DNA of 64,000 bases from Blastocatellia bacterium (lineage in GTDB: Bacteria > Acidobacteriota > Blastocatellia > UBA7656): assembly GCA_963765495.1 (NCBI GenBank), contig CAVXWP010000009.1:809240-873239 (forward strand), written 5' to 3'. The notes beneath the pieces are model-generated. The model was not told where the DNA came from, did not search any database, and saw nothing but the letters and a program-made list of their open reading frames with translations. How positions within the stretch are numbered: the first letter of the stretch is position 1; each line of letters opens with the position of its first letter. The translations under genes and the position numbers were made by a program. Below are positions 1 to 9,386 of the stretch, one piece after another.

Positions 1-882
1 CGCGAGCGCGTCACCGACACGCATCTTGCGCATATCCTCGAACTGCCCCGGGTGTTGCCGGAAATATTCGCAGCCGCAGCCCTCCGCGCTCGCCTCGCCG
101 GGTTCGACGGCGTAGAACTTCATTACGCGCACGCCTATACGATGGCCTCATTTTTAAGCGCGAAGAACAACCGCGAAGACGGTTACGGCGGGCCGCGCGA
201 AAACCGCGTGCGATTGCCTCTGGAAGTTTATCGAAAGGTGCGCGAGCGGGTGGGGGCCGACTACACCGTAGGCGTTCGCTTTCTCGGCGATGAGGTGATC
301 GAAGGCGGGAGCGATCTGGATGACGCCATCTATTTCGGTCTGGAATTTGCCCGCGCAGGATTCGACTATCTATCGGTCTCAAAAGGAGGGAAATTCGACG
401 ACGCGAAACAGCCTAAAGTCGGAAACGCGGTTTATCCTTACACGGGGCGAAGCGGGTATGAGTGCATGCCCACGGTGCTGTCGGACGAACGCGGGCCGTT
501 TGGCCGCAACGTCCCGCTCGCGGCGGCGATCAAACAGACGGTGAACGCGGCTGATTTTTCTACGCCTATAGTCACCTCAGGCGGGATAGCCACTTTCGAT
601 CAATCCGAAGCGATACTGCGCCGGGGAGAGGCCGACATCATAGCTGCCGCGCGACAGTCGCTTGCCGATCCTGACTGGTTTCTGAAGATGCGACAGGGGC
701 GCGGAGGCGAAATCCGCCGTTGCGAATTCACTAATTATTGCGAGGGCCTGGATCAGATGCACAAACAGGTGACCTGCAAGCTGTGGGACCGCGTGCAGAT
801 TGATGAACCGGGCATCACAAAAAGCGATGACGGTCGTCGCCGACTGGTCGCGCCCGCGTGGAAGGGCGAACAGGAAACTTAA
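1..882 (+). CDS. NADH:flavin oxidoreductase, Old Yellow Enzyme family (5' partial, continues upstream of window)
   Basis: Open frame from position 1; motifs GFDGVELHYAHAYTMASFLS and a C-terminal Cys cluster are typical of OYE/2,4-dienoyl-CoA-reductase-like flavoenzymes. Confidence 0.75.
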   Translation, partial: RERVTDTHLAHILELPRVLPEIFAAAALRARLAGFDGVELHYAHAYTMASFLSAKNNREDGYGGPRENRVRLPLEVYRKVRERVGADYTVGVRFLGDEVIEGGSDLDDAIYFGLEFARAGFDYLSVSKGGKFDDAKQPKVGNAVYPYTGRSGYECMPTVLSDERGPFGRNVPLAAAIKQTVNAADFSTPIVTSGGIATFDQSEAILRRGEADIIAAARQSLADPDWFLKMRQGRGGEIRRCEFTNYCEGLDQMHKQVTCKLWDRVQIDEPGITKSDDGRRRLVAPAWKGEQET

Positions 883-885
883 AAT

Positions 886-1003
886 GTCACAAACTGAAAT
901 CGACGAAGCAGATTATAAAGACTTCGATCGGGTCAGAGAGCAGTTTCCCGCGCTTCGAGATAAAGTCTTTCTCGACGCGGCCTGCGTGATGCGTGAGATT
1001 TGA
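886..1003 (+). pseudogene. 39-aa remnant resembling the N-terminus of a class-V aminotransferase / cysteine desulfurase (MSQTEIDEADYKDFDRVREQFPALRDKVFLDAA...)
   Basis: FP.L....FLDAA resembles SufS/CsdA N-termini; the ORF stops inside the left arm of a heptamer-repeat hairpin and the rest of the gene is absent. Confidence 0.35.
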
Positions 1004-1064
1004 GATGTCCGGCTAATAAGGAATTTGCCTTTAAGGTCACGCATCACGCATCACGCATCACGAA
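984..1064. repeat. Heptamer-repeat hairpin element: arms (TGCGTGA)2 at 984-997 and (TCACGCA)3TCACGAA at 1037-1064
   Basis: Inverted tandem heptamers read directly; same family as 25024-25116 and 57908-58002. Confidence 0.7.
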
Positions 1065-1066
1065 TT

Positions 1067-1438
1067 CTAAACTTCGTAAGTCGCCGATGTCGAAGGAGTT
1101 TCCCATACGCGCACCTTGTAAACCTTCACCCGGTCGTCGTTGATCTGTTCGGCTATCTTGTGAAGTATGAAACCGGCCAGATGCTCGGATGAGGGGTTCA
1201 TCTCGATGTCGAAGGGCTTAAGCTCGTTAAGATTCTGATGATCGAGAAAGCGCATGACCTCCCGCGCAGCCGCTTTCAACTCTCTGAAATCAACCAGCAT
1301 GCCTATATCGTCCAGCCGTTCACCGCGCACATAAACTTCGACCTTCCAGTTGTGGCCATGCAGGTTTTCGCATTTTCCGCGATACCCGCGCAAGGCATGA
1401 GCGGCGGAAAACTCTTCTTCGATCATCACCTCGTACAT
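1067..1438 (-). CDS. queD: 6-carboxy-5,6,7,8-tetrahydropterin synthase (QueD / 6-pyruvoyl-tetrahydropterin synthase family)
   Basis: 123 aa with the CENLHGHNW motif (Cx3HGH) and the EFSAAH N-terminus characteristic of QueD/PTPS. Confidence 0.9.
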   Translation of the reverse strand: MYEVMIEEEFSAAHALRGYRGKCENLHGHNWKVEVYVRGERLDDIGMLVDFRELKAAAREVMRFLDHQNLNELKPFDIEMNPSSEHLAGFILHKIAEQINDDRVKVYKVRVWETPSTSATYEV

Positions 1439-1481
1439 TATTTAATCCTCTTCATCCAACAAGCTTGTGAGGCCGCCTGCC

Positions 1482-2306
1482 TTAACTCCGGCTGACCTCT
1501 TTCAGTTTTATGTCGACCGTCGTGCCTGCGGTCTTGATCTTTGCGCGAACCGGAATGCGGTCGGCGTCCTCTGATACCCATATGGTCATCTCTCCGCTGT
1601 GGCGAACGTAGCGACCATCAAAGGCCTTCACATCCAGCCGCATGGTCTTGAATTTCCCCGCATCCACTTTTATTTCTTCCTGCTGGTCGGCTACGACTTC
1701 GATGGTATAAGTCTTAGCGCCGTCGCTCAAGGGCAACGATATCGTTTCACCCGGCTTCATCTGCTGGGTTCGTACGAAATAGATAGCCGAAAGCACATCC
1801 AGTACCCAGGAGGGCGACGCTCCTTCTTCAACAGTCGGCTCGCTCGATTCATCTGCAATGTTTCTGTCAATGTAAGTCACGCGCCCGGTTTCCCGGTTTA
1901 CGATGGATTTCTGCAATCGCCTGCGGTTTCCCTCCTCGATTTTAGTCGTGGAGGTGTAAAGCCCTATGTCTTTGGGAAAGACAACCGATGTATAACTGTT
2001 GTCGAGTTTGACGCCGAAGAGTTTAGGAAAGAACCCCCTGGAAACGGCTCTGGCATTGAGTTCCAGAAACCCGGGTTTTTGAGCCTCAGTGGGTTTCGCC
2101 ACTCTAAGCGTGATTTCGCCTATCGTGCCTGAAAATATGAGCTTTGAAAAACTGGCGTCATAAACAAGCGTCTCGCCCGGCTGGAAGGGAAGCGGCTCAA
2201 TTACCGCAGGCCCCTTCGCATCCTTTTCGACATCGGCCTGAGCGCCGATAAGAGTTGCTGCTTGAATGAATACTAGTATTAAGGCTAAAAACATCTTTTC
2301 TCGCAT
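1482..2306 (-). CDS. Secreted hypothetical protein (signal peptide; DUF3108-like?)
   Basis: 274-aa ORF with N-terminal hydrophobic signal MREKMFLALILVFIQAATLIGAQA and no internal stops; family assignment is tentative. Confidence 0.55.
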   Translation of the reverse strand: MREKMFLALILVFIQAATLIGAQADVEKDAKGPAVIEPLPFQPGETLVYDASFSKLIFSGTIGEITLRVAKPTEAQKPGFLELNARAVSRGFFPKLFGVKLDNSYTSVVFPKDIGLYTSTTKIEEGNRRRLQKSIVNRETGRVTYIDRNIADESSEPTVEEGASPSWVLDVLSAIYFVRTQQMKPGETISLPLSDGAKTYTIEVVADQQEEIKVDAGKFKTMRLDVKAFDGRYVRHSGEMTIWVSEDADRIPVRAKIKTAGTTVDIKLKEVSRS

Positions 2307-2342
2307 AATACTTATTATACCCGTTCTGCCTGTGCGGGTGCA

Positions 2343-2951
2343 TCAACCGCCGGTAGACAGAAAAAATTTGACCAGAAGCAGCGCGTAGACGATCACAAAT
2401 CCGAGCCCTGCTCGATACTCGCGATGATGCAGATAGCGCTTGAGATCAAAGCCCTTGCGAGCGCCGGGTATAGACTTGATTCCCTCTGAGGAGGAAGCCT
2501 GATAGGGTGTAATCCGAGGCAGAAAAAGCGGCACATTCCGGCTATAGTGCTCATATTCGCCCGGAAACAGTTCTCGTACGGTATCGGCTTCGGCAAACAT
2601 CACAGGCACGTAAATCAGCAGATATAGCGCGATGAAAAGGGCTACGAACCATAGCGCCCCCGTGCCGACCGCTACCCCCGCGCCCAGCAAAAGAGTGCCG
2701 AAATAAAGCGGATTGCGGGTGTGCGCGTAAGGCCCCCGAGTGGCCAGTTCCTGATTCTTTTTCAAATGCCCCGAAGCCCATGCGCGCAGGGCGAGGCCGG
2801 TAAGGGCGATGACGGCTCCGGCTATGAGTGTAAGGCTGGTCGGTCGGGCCGCTATCACAAAAAGAGGGGCCATTGCGAATCCGGCGGGCACCCTGATTCT
2901 TTGCGCCAGGGCACGGAGATGGATCATCTTTTCTTCACTTGCCTCAAACAT
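2343..2951 (-). CDS. Isoprenylcysteine carboxyl methyltransferase (ICMT) family membrane protein
   Basis: RGPYAHTRNPLYFG motif and multiple TM helices; start moved to the internal Met (MFEASEEK) to avoid overlap with the upstream gene. Confidence 0.75.
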   Translation of the reverse strand: MFEASEEKMIHLRALAQRIRVPAGFAMAPLFVIAARPTSLTLIAGAVIALTGLALRAWASGHLKKNQELATRGPYAHTRNPLYFGTLLLGAGVAVGTGALWFVALFIALYLLIYVPVMFAEADTVRELFPGEYEHYSRNVPLFLPRITPYQASSSEGIKSIPGARKGFDLKRYLHHREYRAGLGFVIVYALLLVKFFLSTGG

Positions 2952-2965
2952 AGATTTGGCTGATG

Positions 2966-4081
2966 TCAGATTCGAATTGCAGGTTCGGCGAGTCGCGCCG
3001 AGACAGCCTCTGTGACGGCGCTGACCGGGATGTCCATACATTGCCAGTGCCAGCATTTACGGCGATGGCACTCGTCGCGGCACCAGAGGTCGCGGCCTAC
3101 CGTCAGATCGCGTTTGTCGAAAGGGCCGTTGCGCTCGGGAGATGTCGGGCCGTAAATGCCGACTATGGGAGTGCGGCAGGCAGCCGCCAGATGTAGCGGC
3201 CCTGTGTCGCCGCCTACGAATAGCTCCGCCCGCCGGGCAAGAGCCGCGAATTGCTTTAGCGATGAGCGAAAGGGGCGGGCCGCGCCTGTCCGCGAACTGG
3301 CCGCTACAGCTTCGGCCAGCGCCTCCTCGCCCGGCCCGTAGGTTACAAACGATACGATCTGGCGCTCCGTCCACAACCAGTCCGCCACCTGTCCGTAACT
3401 CGAAACCGGCCAGAGCTTTGTCGGCCAGCCGCCGCCCGGGTTGAGTATGGCAAACCGTCTGCCTCGCTCGTTGATGGTTTCCATGACATAGCCTTCGTCT
3501 TCGCTGGGGATGACGATGGGAAATTCGTAGGCGGGCTGGCCAGACCGGGGATGAGTTATTCCTGACGCGCACGCGACATTCGGAGAATTTACGGCGAGGG
3601 AATCAAGGGCCGCACGGGCCAGCGCAAGATTCTTGTCAATAACATGTTTAATCTCTGCCGTCTTTACTTGATTGTTTAGAAAAAGACGACTTGCCTTTTC
3701 GCGCAGCTCGCCTGTTTCAAACCCCATCCGGCTCGCCGCCCTTGAGGCAGCCACGACCAGCCCGGATTTAATAAGCCCCTGAAAATCTATGGCAACATCT
3801 ATTGAGGATCGGGATTCATTTTTTAAGCCTCCCCGAACACGCCCGATCTGCTCACGGATGTCCGCAATAGTTGCATCGTTTAGCGGGCGCTTGCGCCAGG
3901 CGCGGGTGTCAACCTCTATCAATTCATCTATGGCGGGACAGTCTTTAAGAATGGCGCTCGCACGCCGCTCTACCACCCACGAGATGTGAGCGTCAGACAA
4001 ATTTCGCCTGATCTCAGCCGCCGCCGGCAGCGTATGAACCACGTCGCCTATCGAACTGAGCTTGACTATCAATATTTGCAT
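2966..4081 (-). CDS. Glycosyltransferase family 9 (ADP-heptose:LPS heptosyltransferase-like)
   Basis: N-terminus MQILIVKLSSIGDVVHTLPA is the canonical GT9 start; C-terminal GGDTGPLHLAAA motif. Confidence 0.85.
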   Translation of the reverse strand: MQILIVKLSSIGDVVHTLPAAAEIRRNLSDAHISWVVERRASAILKDCPAIDELIEVDTRAWRKRPLNDATIADIREQIGRVRGGLKNESRSSIDVAIDFQGLIKSGLVVAASRAASRMGFETGELREKASRLFLNNQVKTAEIKHVIDKNLALARAALDSLAVNSPNVACASGITHPRSGQPAYEFPIVIPSEDEGYVMETINERGRRFAILNPGGGWPTKLWPVSSYGQVADWLWTERQIVSFVTYGPGEEALAEAVAASSRTGAARPFRSSLKQFAALARRAELFVGGDTGPLHLAAACRTPIVGIYGPTSPERNGPFDKRDLTVGRDLWCRDECHRRKCWHWQCMDIPVSAVTEAVSARLAEPAIRI

Positions 4082-4222
4082 CGTATCCGGGTAAATAGAG
4101 ACTTTCGAAAAATCGCAAAGAGAGATTATACCACCTACCTCCCTCCTTAATTCATTACCCGAGTCGGCACAAGTACTGAAAGCGGCAACTGCTTCCGCCC
4201 GGATTTCTCTAATCCTCAATTC

Positions 4223-4420
4223 CAAAAATTGGTAACACTTTTGGCCACTCATCTGAAATGATCCGGCAGATACATTACTCCGTTTCCATATGTTTTGTAA
4301 TATATAAATCATTCAAATTTGGCAATTTATCTTACTTAAGTCTTCTTTTACAGATGTTTTCCGGATGTGGCAGTGGTTGTTGGTTATCCAAATATTTGGA
4401 ATTTAATTCAAATATTTGGA
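4223..4420. promoter_or_regulatory. Three copies of palindrome TCCAAA-(A/T)n-TTTGGA (4223-4236, 4387-4400, 4407-4420) in the divergent region upstream of the TonB-dependent receptor gene
   Basis: TCCAAATATTTGGA is a perfect 14-bp palindrome; related TTCCAAAATTTTGGAA recurs upstream of the paralogous receptor at 10697-10712. Confidence 0.45.
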
Positions 4421-4720
4421 TAAATTCAATAAAATTGATCTTCATTGAGGAACAAGAGAAAGCGAGCTAAATAGAGTTATAGCTAAGTTAAGCTCCCAAA
4501 CGGGTTTTCAGGTATAGGAATTGCCTGTATTGAACCGACTCAGGGGACATCCAGAGAGATTATGGGGCAATGCAACAAAGGTACTCACCGACTTTAGATA
4601 CGAGTGTATTTGGTCAAGCACAGGCTCCATTTTTATCAGTATTTCAAGGATAAGCTACTCCCCAAACTCTGTCGGTGAGCAAGACCAAACAATTCAACTA
4701 TTTATGAAGGAGGAGAATCC

Positions 4721-7700
4721 GTGAATAGAATCCTATCGATAAAAGGTTCTTTCCGTAAGGTGAGCAGCTTTCTCATGCTCATCGCTCTCCTGATCGGCCC
4801 CGGCTCTGCATTTTCAGCCCTGGCCTCTTCTCAGGAGATTTCCGGTAGCATTCAGGGGACGGTCAAGGACCCGGCCGGAGCAGTCATCCCCGATGCTTCC
4901 ATCACTGCTACGAGTGATAGACAAACCTTTAAGACCACATCCGACTCTGCTGGCAACTACACCATCTCGGCCCTCCCGCCGGGCAATTATGTAGTTACGG
5001 CATCGGGCTCCGGCTTCAAGTCGGTCAAGCGCGAGAATGTGCCTGTCGTACTTGGAAAGACCTTGCAGGTAAACTTCGACATGGAAGTTGCTGTAAGTGG
5101 AGAAGAAGTGACGATCACGGCAGCCGACGAGCCGCTGGTGGACGTGACCTCTACAAAGACGGCTACAAACGTGACCCAGCAAGAGATCAACGTCATACCG
5201 AAATCACTCAACTTCTCTTCGCTGATTCAGGTAGCCCCCGGAACCCGCGCTGAATCGAAATCAGGTGGATTCCAGATTGATGGAGCATCCGGCTCAGAGA
5301 ACGTCTTTATCGTAGACGGCGTGGAAGTTACCAGAATTGACGATGGAACTCTTGGCCGAACCAAGAACATTCCGAACGATTTCGTAAAGGAACTTCAGAT
5401 CAAGAGCGGCGGATATGAAGCAGAGTACGGCGGAGCGACAGGCGGAGTTGTAAACGTAGTGACCAGAGGTGGGACGAATGATTTCCACGGGGAACTGCGA
5501 TTCGAGTACACGTCTGACACGTTCCGAGCCGAAGACAACCCGACCTTGAGGCTTGCTCCGCAAGATACAGACACATTCGAGTACTTCCATAACCGGGACG
5601 GGAAGGACAAGACACGATTTTTCAGCCCGATCATCAACATCGGCGGGCCGATAGTCAAGGATCACGTATGGTTCTACACGAGCTATGCGCCACAGTACAC
5701 AAGGACGACACAACGGACCGATCTAATCCGTGTCAACCCGGGCGTGGGAGTAGATTCGCTCGACACTCGCTTTATCACGACGCGAGAAAAAATCGACTAC
5801 TTCCTGGGACGGCTTGACTGGGCCGCAAGCGACAGGCTTTCGGTATACGGCAACTTTATCAACAGCCCGATCAAATCCGAAGGTCAGCAACTGGGCGCTG
5901 AAGTCACAGGCTCTACGGCCTTCAATGACATTCGACTCGGCGAAAAAGGCGGCTACGTCCCGGCGTGGCAGGCAGCATTCGGAGTGAACTATTCGGCGAC
6001 GGATCACCTGATCCTGAGCTTCCGAGGCGGCCACACCTATCTCAACGATAAGGGCGGTTCCTACGACATTCCCGTAGGCATCCCGCTCTACACGATATCG
6101 GCTGCCTGCGCTCCTCCGCTCAACGGATGCGCTGCCGGTTCAACAGCTACGGGCACGCCGATCATACAGACCAACTTTGCAACGGCCTTCAACATCACTC
6201 GCCGTACGAACCTCAACTTTGATGCGACCTACATCACGAGGTTCCTCGGCCAGCAGCACACCTTCAAGGGTGGCTATCAGGTCAACCGCCTCAGCAACAA
6301 GGTCAACGAAGGCTATCAGGGCGGGATCATCAACTTCTACTTCAATCGTTCATATCTGGGCGAGCGAGGAACCTATGGTTATTATCGAACGACCGACTTC
6401 GGAACCGTAGGCGATGTCAACAGCAAAAACCAGGGTTTCTTCGTTCAGGATCAGTGGCAGATTCATCCTCGCTTGACCGCAAACATCGGTCTCCGCATTG
6501 AGAATGAGTTCCTGCCCGCATTCCCGATTGACACAACCTTCCACCCGACCATTCCAGCCGACGCGCAGATTTCGACCAAGCCGATTGATTTTGGCTGGGG
6601 CGACAAGATCGCGCCGAGAGTCGGATTGGCCTGGGATGTATTCGGAACCGGAAAGCTGAAAGTCTACGGCAGCTTCTCAATATTCTATGACACGATGAAG
6701 TATGAGCTTCCACGCGGCTCGTTCGGCGGCGATCACTTCATCAGAACATGGTACACGCTCGATACACCGAACTTCACGAGCATCAATCTCGGCAACACGC
6801 CGGGCAACATCATCGACGGACCGCTTGATTTCCGCGTACCGTCAAACGTAGTGCTTGCCGGTGAGCGGCCCACGATTGACCCGAACCTCAAGCCCACTAA
6901 AGAGCGAGAGTACACCTTTGGCGGCGACTATGCGCTGGGCACAAATCTTGTTGCAAGCGCACGATTCACCCGCAAGAGGCTTGACCGAACGATAGAAGAC
7001 ATCGGTGGGCTCGACGCGGCGGGCAACGAAGTGTACACGATAGGCAACCCGGGATTTGGAGTATCGATAACGGACTTCAATCCGCCGACGCCGAAGGCGG
7101 TACGCGAGTACACAGGGTTGGAATTGAGGCTCGACAAGAGGTTCACAAACAACTGGTACGCGAATCTGTCGTACACCTACAGCAAGCTGTATGGAAACTA
7201 CTCCGGGCTGGCCAGTTCGGATGAGAATGGACGAACAAGCCCGAACGTAAACCGCTACTTCGATTTACCGGAGCTTGTGTATGACACACATGGACAGCAG
7301 GTACTCGGCCGGTTGGCAACGGATCGACCGAACACGTTCAAGGCATTTGCCAGCTATCAGTTCCACTACTGGGGAATGAGTACGGACATCGGCGGTACGC
7401 AGTTGATCTACCAGGGCATACCGATCTCGACGATCCTATCGGAGCACGTCGGAGGGGGCGGAGCGGAAATCTATCCCGAAGGCCGAGGCGATCTGGGGAG
7501 AACAGAGGCGTTCACACAGACTGATCTGGTGATCAATCACCTGATCAAGCTGACGGAGAATGTGAAGCTGCGTTTCTCGATGAACGTATTCAATCTGTTC
7601 GACGAGAGAAACCAGACCAACATCTTCGCCAACTATCTTGCGGCGGGCCAGGTAGTGCAGTACGGAAATGCAAATGATTCGTTTGATGTAGCATTTCCGA

Positions 7701-7834
7701 TCTTCATCAACTCGAACGGAGATTGGCAGCAGAGAATCGCGAATCAGGGTCTGGTTGTTGACCCCCGGTTTGGCCAGGCCAACACCTTCCAGGCACCGCG
7801 CGAAGCTCGCTTCGCAGTCGGCGTCCAGTGGTAA
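4721..7834 (+). CDS. TonB-dependent outer-membrane receptor with N-terminal carboxypeptidase-regulatory-like domain (GTG start, RBS GGAGG)
   Basis: 1037 aa; signal peptide, CarbopepD_reg-like domain (GNYTISALPPGNYVVTASGSGF), plug-like region and long beta-barrel; GAAGGAGGAGAATCCGTG start context. Confidence 0.85.
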   Translation: MNRILSIKGSFRKVSSFLMLIALLIGPGSAFSALASSQEISGSIQGTVKDPAGAVIPDASITATSDRQTFKTTSDSAGNYTISALPPGNYVVTASGSGFKSVKRENVPVVLGKTLQVNFDMEVAVSGEEVTITAADEPLVDVTSTKTATNVTQQEINVIPKSLNFSSLIQVAPGTRAESKSGGFQIDGASGSENVFIVDGVEVTRIDDGTLGRTKNIPNDFVKELQIKSGGYEAEYGGATGGVVNVVTRGGTNDFHGELRFEYTSDTFRAEDNPTLRLAPQDTDTFEYFHNRDGKDKTRFFSPIINIGGPIVKDHVWFYTSYAPQYTRTTQRTDLIRVNPGVGVDSLDTRFITTREKIDYFLGRLDWAASDRLSVYGNFINSPIKSEGQQLGAEVTGSTAFNDIRLGEKGGYVPAWQAAFGVNYSATDHLILSFRGGHTYLNDKGGSYDIPVGIPLYTISAACAPPLNGCAAGSTATGTPIIQTNFATAFNITRRTNLNFDATYITRFLGQQHTFKGGYQVNRLSNKVNEGYQGGIINFYFNRSYLGERGTYGYYRTTDFGTVGDVNSKNQGFFVQDQWQIHPRLTANIGLRIENEFLPAFPIDTTFHPTIPADAQISTKPIDFGWGDKIAPRVGLAWDVFGTGKLKVYGSFSIFYDTMKYELPRGSFGGDHFIRTWYTLDTPNFTSINLGNTPGNIIDGPLDFRVPSNVVLAGERPTIDPNLKPTKEREYTFGGDYALGTNLVASARFTRKRLDRTIEDIGGLDAAGNEVYTIGNPGFGVSITDFNPPTPKAVREYTGLELRLDKRFTNNWYANLSYTYSKLYGNYSGLASSDENGRTSPNVNRYFDLPELVYDTHGQQVLGRLATDRPNTFKAFASYQFHYWGMSTDIGGTQLIYQGIPISTILSEHVGGGGAEIYPEGRGDLGRTEAFTQTDLVINHLIKLTENVKLRFSMNVFNLFDERNQTNIFANYLAAGQVVQYGNANDSFDVAFPIFINSNGDWQQRIANQGLVVDPRFGQANTFQAPREARFAVGVQW

Positions 7835-7869
7835 GAGAGTAGTCTTATTAAGTGAAATTCTTTTCACTT

Positions 7870-7903
7870 GCCCGCCCTCTCAGTGAGGGCGGGCAATTTT
7901 ATT
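7870..7903 (+). terminator. Rho-independent terminator (GCCCGCCCTC-tcagt-GAGGGCGGGC followed by AATTTTATT)
   Basis: Perfect 10-bp GC stem plus T-rich tail immediately after the receptor stop. Confidence 0.8.
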
Positions 7904-8165
7904 GAGTGCCCGCCTTATTACGAGCCTCGATTATTCTCGCTTCGCAGCAATAGCGTTTTATATGAATGGTTGGGAATGGGAGTCAGAGGCGGGGTCGCAT
8001 CGACCTGTTGAAATATCGGGCAGGTAGTCGGTAATGACCGGCAGAGAGCGAGATAACCTCGCCGATTATGCTTTTGTGGATGAGCGAAAGTGACCCTTCT
8101 TTTAGCGATCACTTTCCATGTCGCTCGCTACTTTCTCAGCCGCTACTTTCTCAGTCGCGGGGCGG

Positions 8166-9185
8166 TCAATTCTTTTGATTTGCTTTCTCGCGCAACTGCA
8201 CGATCAGGCTTTCGTATTTCTGACGCTGAGCCGTCTGATGCTCAGTCGGCGGGATGGTCTTCAAATAAGCATCCAGGACATCGGCCGCTTCTTTATACTG
8301 CTTGTTGTCGCTATAGAGAGTGGCGAGATAGAGGTAGGCATCTTTTACATCTTCCCCGCCGATTTCAATAGCTTTTTTCAAAAACTGCATAGCTTCCATT
8401 TTTGTATCCTTTGCCTGAGCCAGGACTATTCCCAGTTGCATATTTGTATAAGCCGAATCGGACTTGAGTTCCACTGTGCGCCTGAGCATCTCTATCGCAC
8501 GGTCTCGCTCGTTCAAACTGAAGAGAGTATAACCGAGCAGGTAACAGCTCTGCCAGCTGTCCTTATTTACTTCGACTGCGTGTTCAAGAATCGGCCTTGC
8601 CGCCTCGAACTGATTGCGCTTTACATATTCGAGTCCCATCACCTCAAGCGCGTCATAGTAATCGGGAAAGATTTTGACCGAACTCTTAAAAGCCGCAATC
8701 GCCTCATCGAAAGAGCCCTGTTCCAGGCTTTTCACGCCTTTAAGGTATTCATCTTTGGCTTTAGCCGGGACATCCTGATAAAAGACCAGACCGGGCGACG
8801 CACCCGCTTTTTCGTCTCGTTTTGCCTCTTTTACTCTCAGCACGAAATCAACGCGGAAGACCTCGCCGCCCCGATTGCTGACGGTAAAGGGGTTGACCTC
8901 GACTCTCTCGGTTTGCCGCTCGAAATCCGATCCCGCAGGCTCGACCCTCACATAGAAGGTCCCCGCAGTCAGGTTGTTAAACCTGTAGCGCCCGGCGCTG
9001 TCGGTATAGACCATTCTGAGTTCCGAATAGCCTTCGTTGAGAAGCGATACGCGGGCATTTTGATAGGGTTGATTCTTGGTCGTAGTGACCCGCCCGTCTA
9101 TGGTATTGCGCCCCTGAAAAGCAGAACTGCCGATCAGAGGTTGCCAAAACGTGAGTGCTAGCGCGATGAAAAAAACTGCTGGCAT
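8166..9185 (-). CDS. Secreted protein: carboxypeptidase-regulatory-like domain + TPR repeats (paralog 1 of 3)
   Basis: Signal peptide MPAVFFIALALTFW; GRVTTTKNQPYQNARVSLL...GTFYVRVEPAG domain, then TPR-like repeats; paralogous to 9387-10436 and 14285-15346. Confidence 0.75.
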   Translation of the reverse strand: MPAVFFIALALTFWQPLIGSSAFQGRNTIDGRVTTTKNQPYQNARVSLLNEGYSELRMVYTDSAGRYRFNNLTAGTFYVRVEPAGSDFERQTERVEVNPFTVSNRGGEVFRVDFVLRVKEAKRDEKAGASPGLVFYQDVPAKAKDEYLKGVKSLEQGSFDEAIAAFKSSVKIFPDYYDALEVMGLEYVKRNQFEAARPILEHAVEVNKDSWQSCYLLGYTLFSLNERDRAIEMLRRTVELKSDSAYTNMQLGIVLAQAKDTKMEAMQFLKKAIEIGGEDVKDAYLYLATLYSDNKQYKEAADVLDAYLKTIPPTEHQTAQRQKYESLIVQLREKANQKN

Positions 9186-9304
9186 AACTTTAATTCTCCA
9201 GGTTCCGTCGTCCACAAAATATGATGAGTGATTGGTTGAACACATTCTATCAGAAAAGCTCTTGCGGTTCTATTTATGATTGAGAGAGAAAGCGGGTGGG
9301 CAAA

Positions 9305-9349
9305 GAATAAAAATGGTTCGAGTCGGCAAAAACTTCGCCGACTCGAACC
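9305..9349 (-). terminator. Rho-independent terminator for the 9387-10436 gene (13-bp stem GGTTCGAGTCGGC/GCCGACTCGAACC with T-run on minus strand)
   Basis: Perfect inverted repeat preceded on the plus strand by AAAAA. Confidence 0.7.
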
Positions 9350-9386
9350 TGTTACTGTCGAGGCCGCAGGCGCTGCTGTATTCAGA

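Noticed and set aside
984-1064. CRISPR array made of the heptamer repeats or the GGGGCC repeats
   Set aside because: Units are 6-7 bp, arranged as inverted arms without unique spacers, and no cas genes are present.
4440-4720. Cobalamin / TPP or other riboswitch in the long leader of the TonB-dependent receptor gene
   Set aside because: No B12 box, TPP-binding consensus or other recognisable riboswitch core. The conserved elements are palindromic DNA sites further upstream.
8118-9161. Long antisense ORFs opposite real genes (also 3057-3572, 9738-10412, 20585-21574, 25832-26530, 52118-53080, 59300-60247, 60404-61450, 61977-62822)
   Set aside because: Each overlaps a gene with clear homology-type evidence on the other strand. 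Compositions are Arg/Ala-rich as expected from GC-rich antisense frames.
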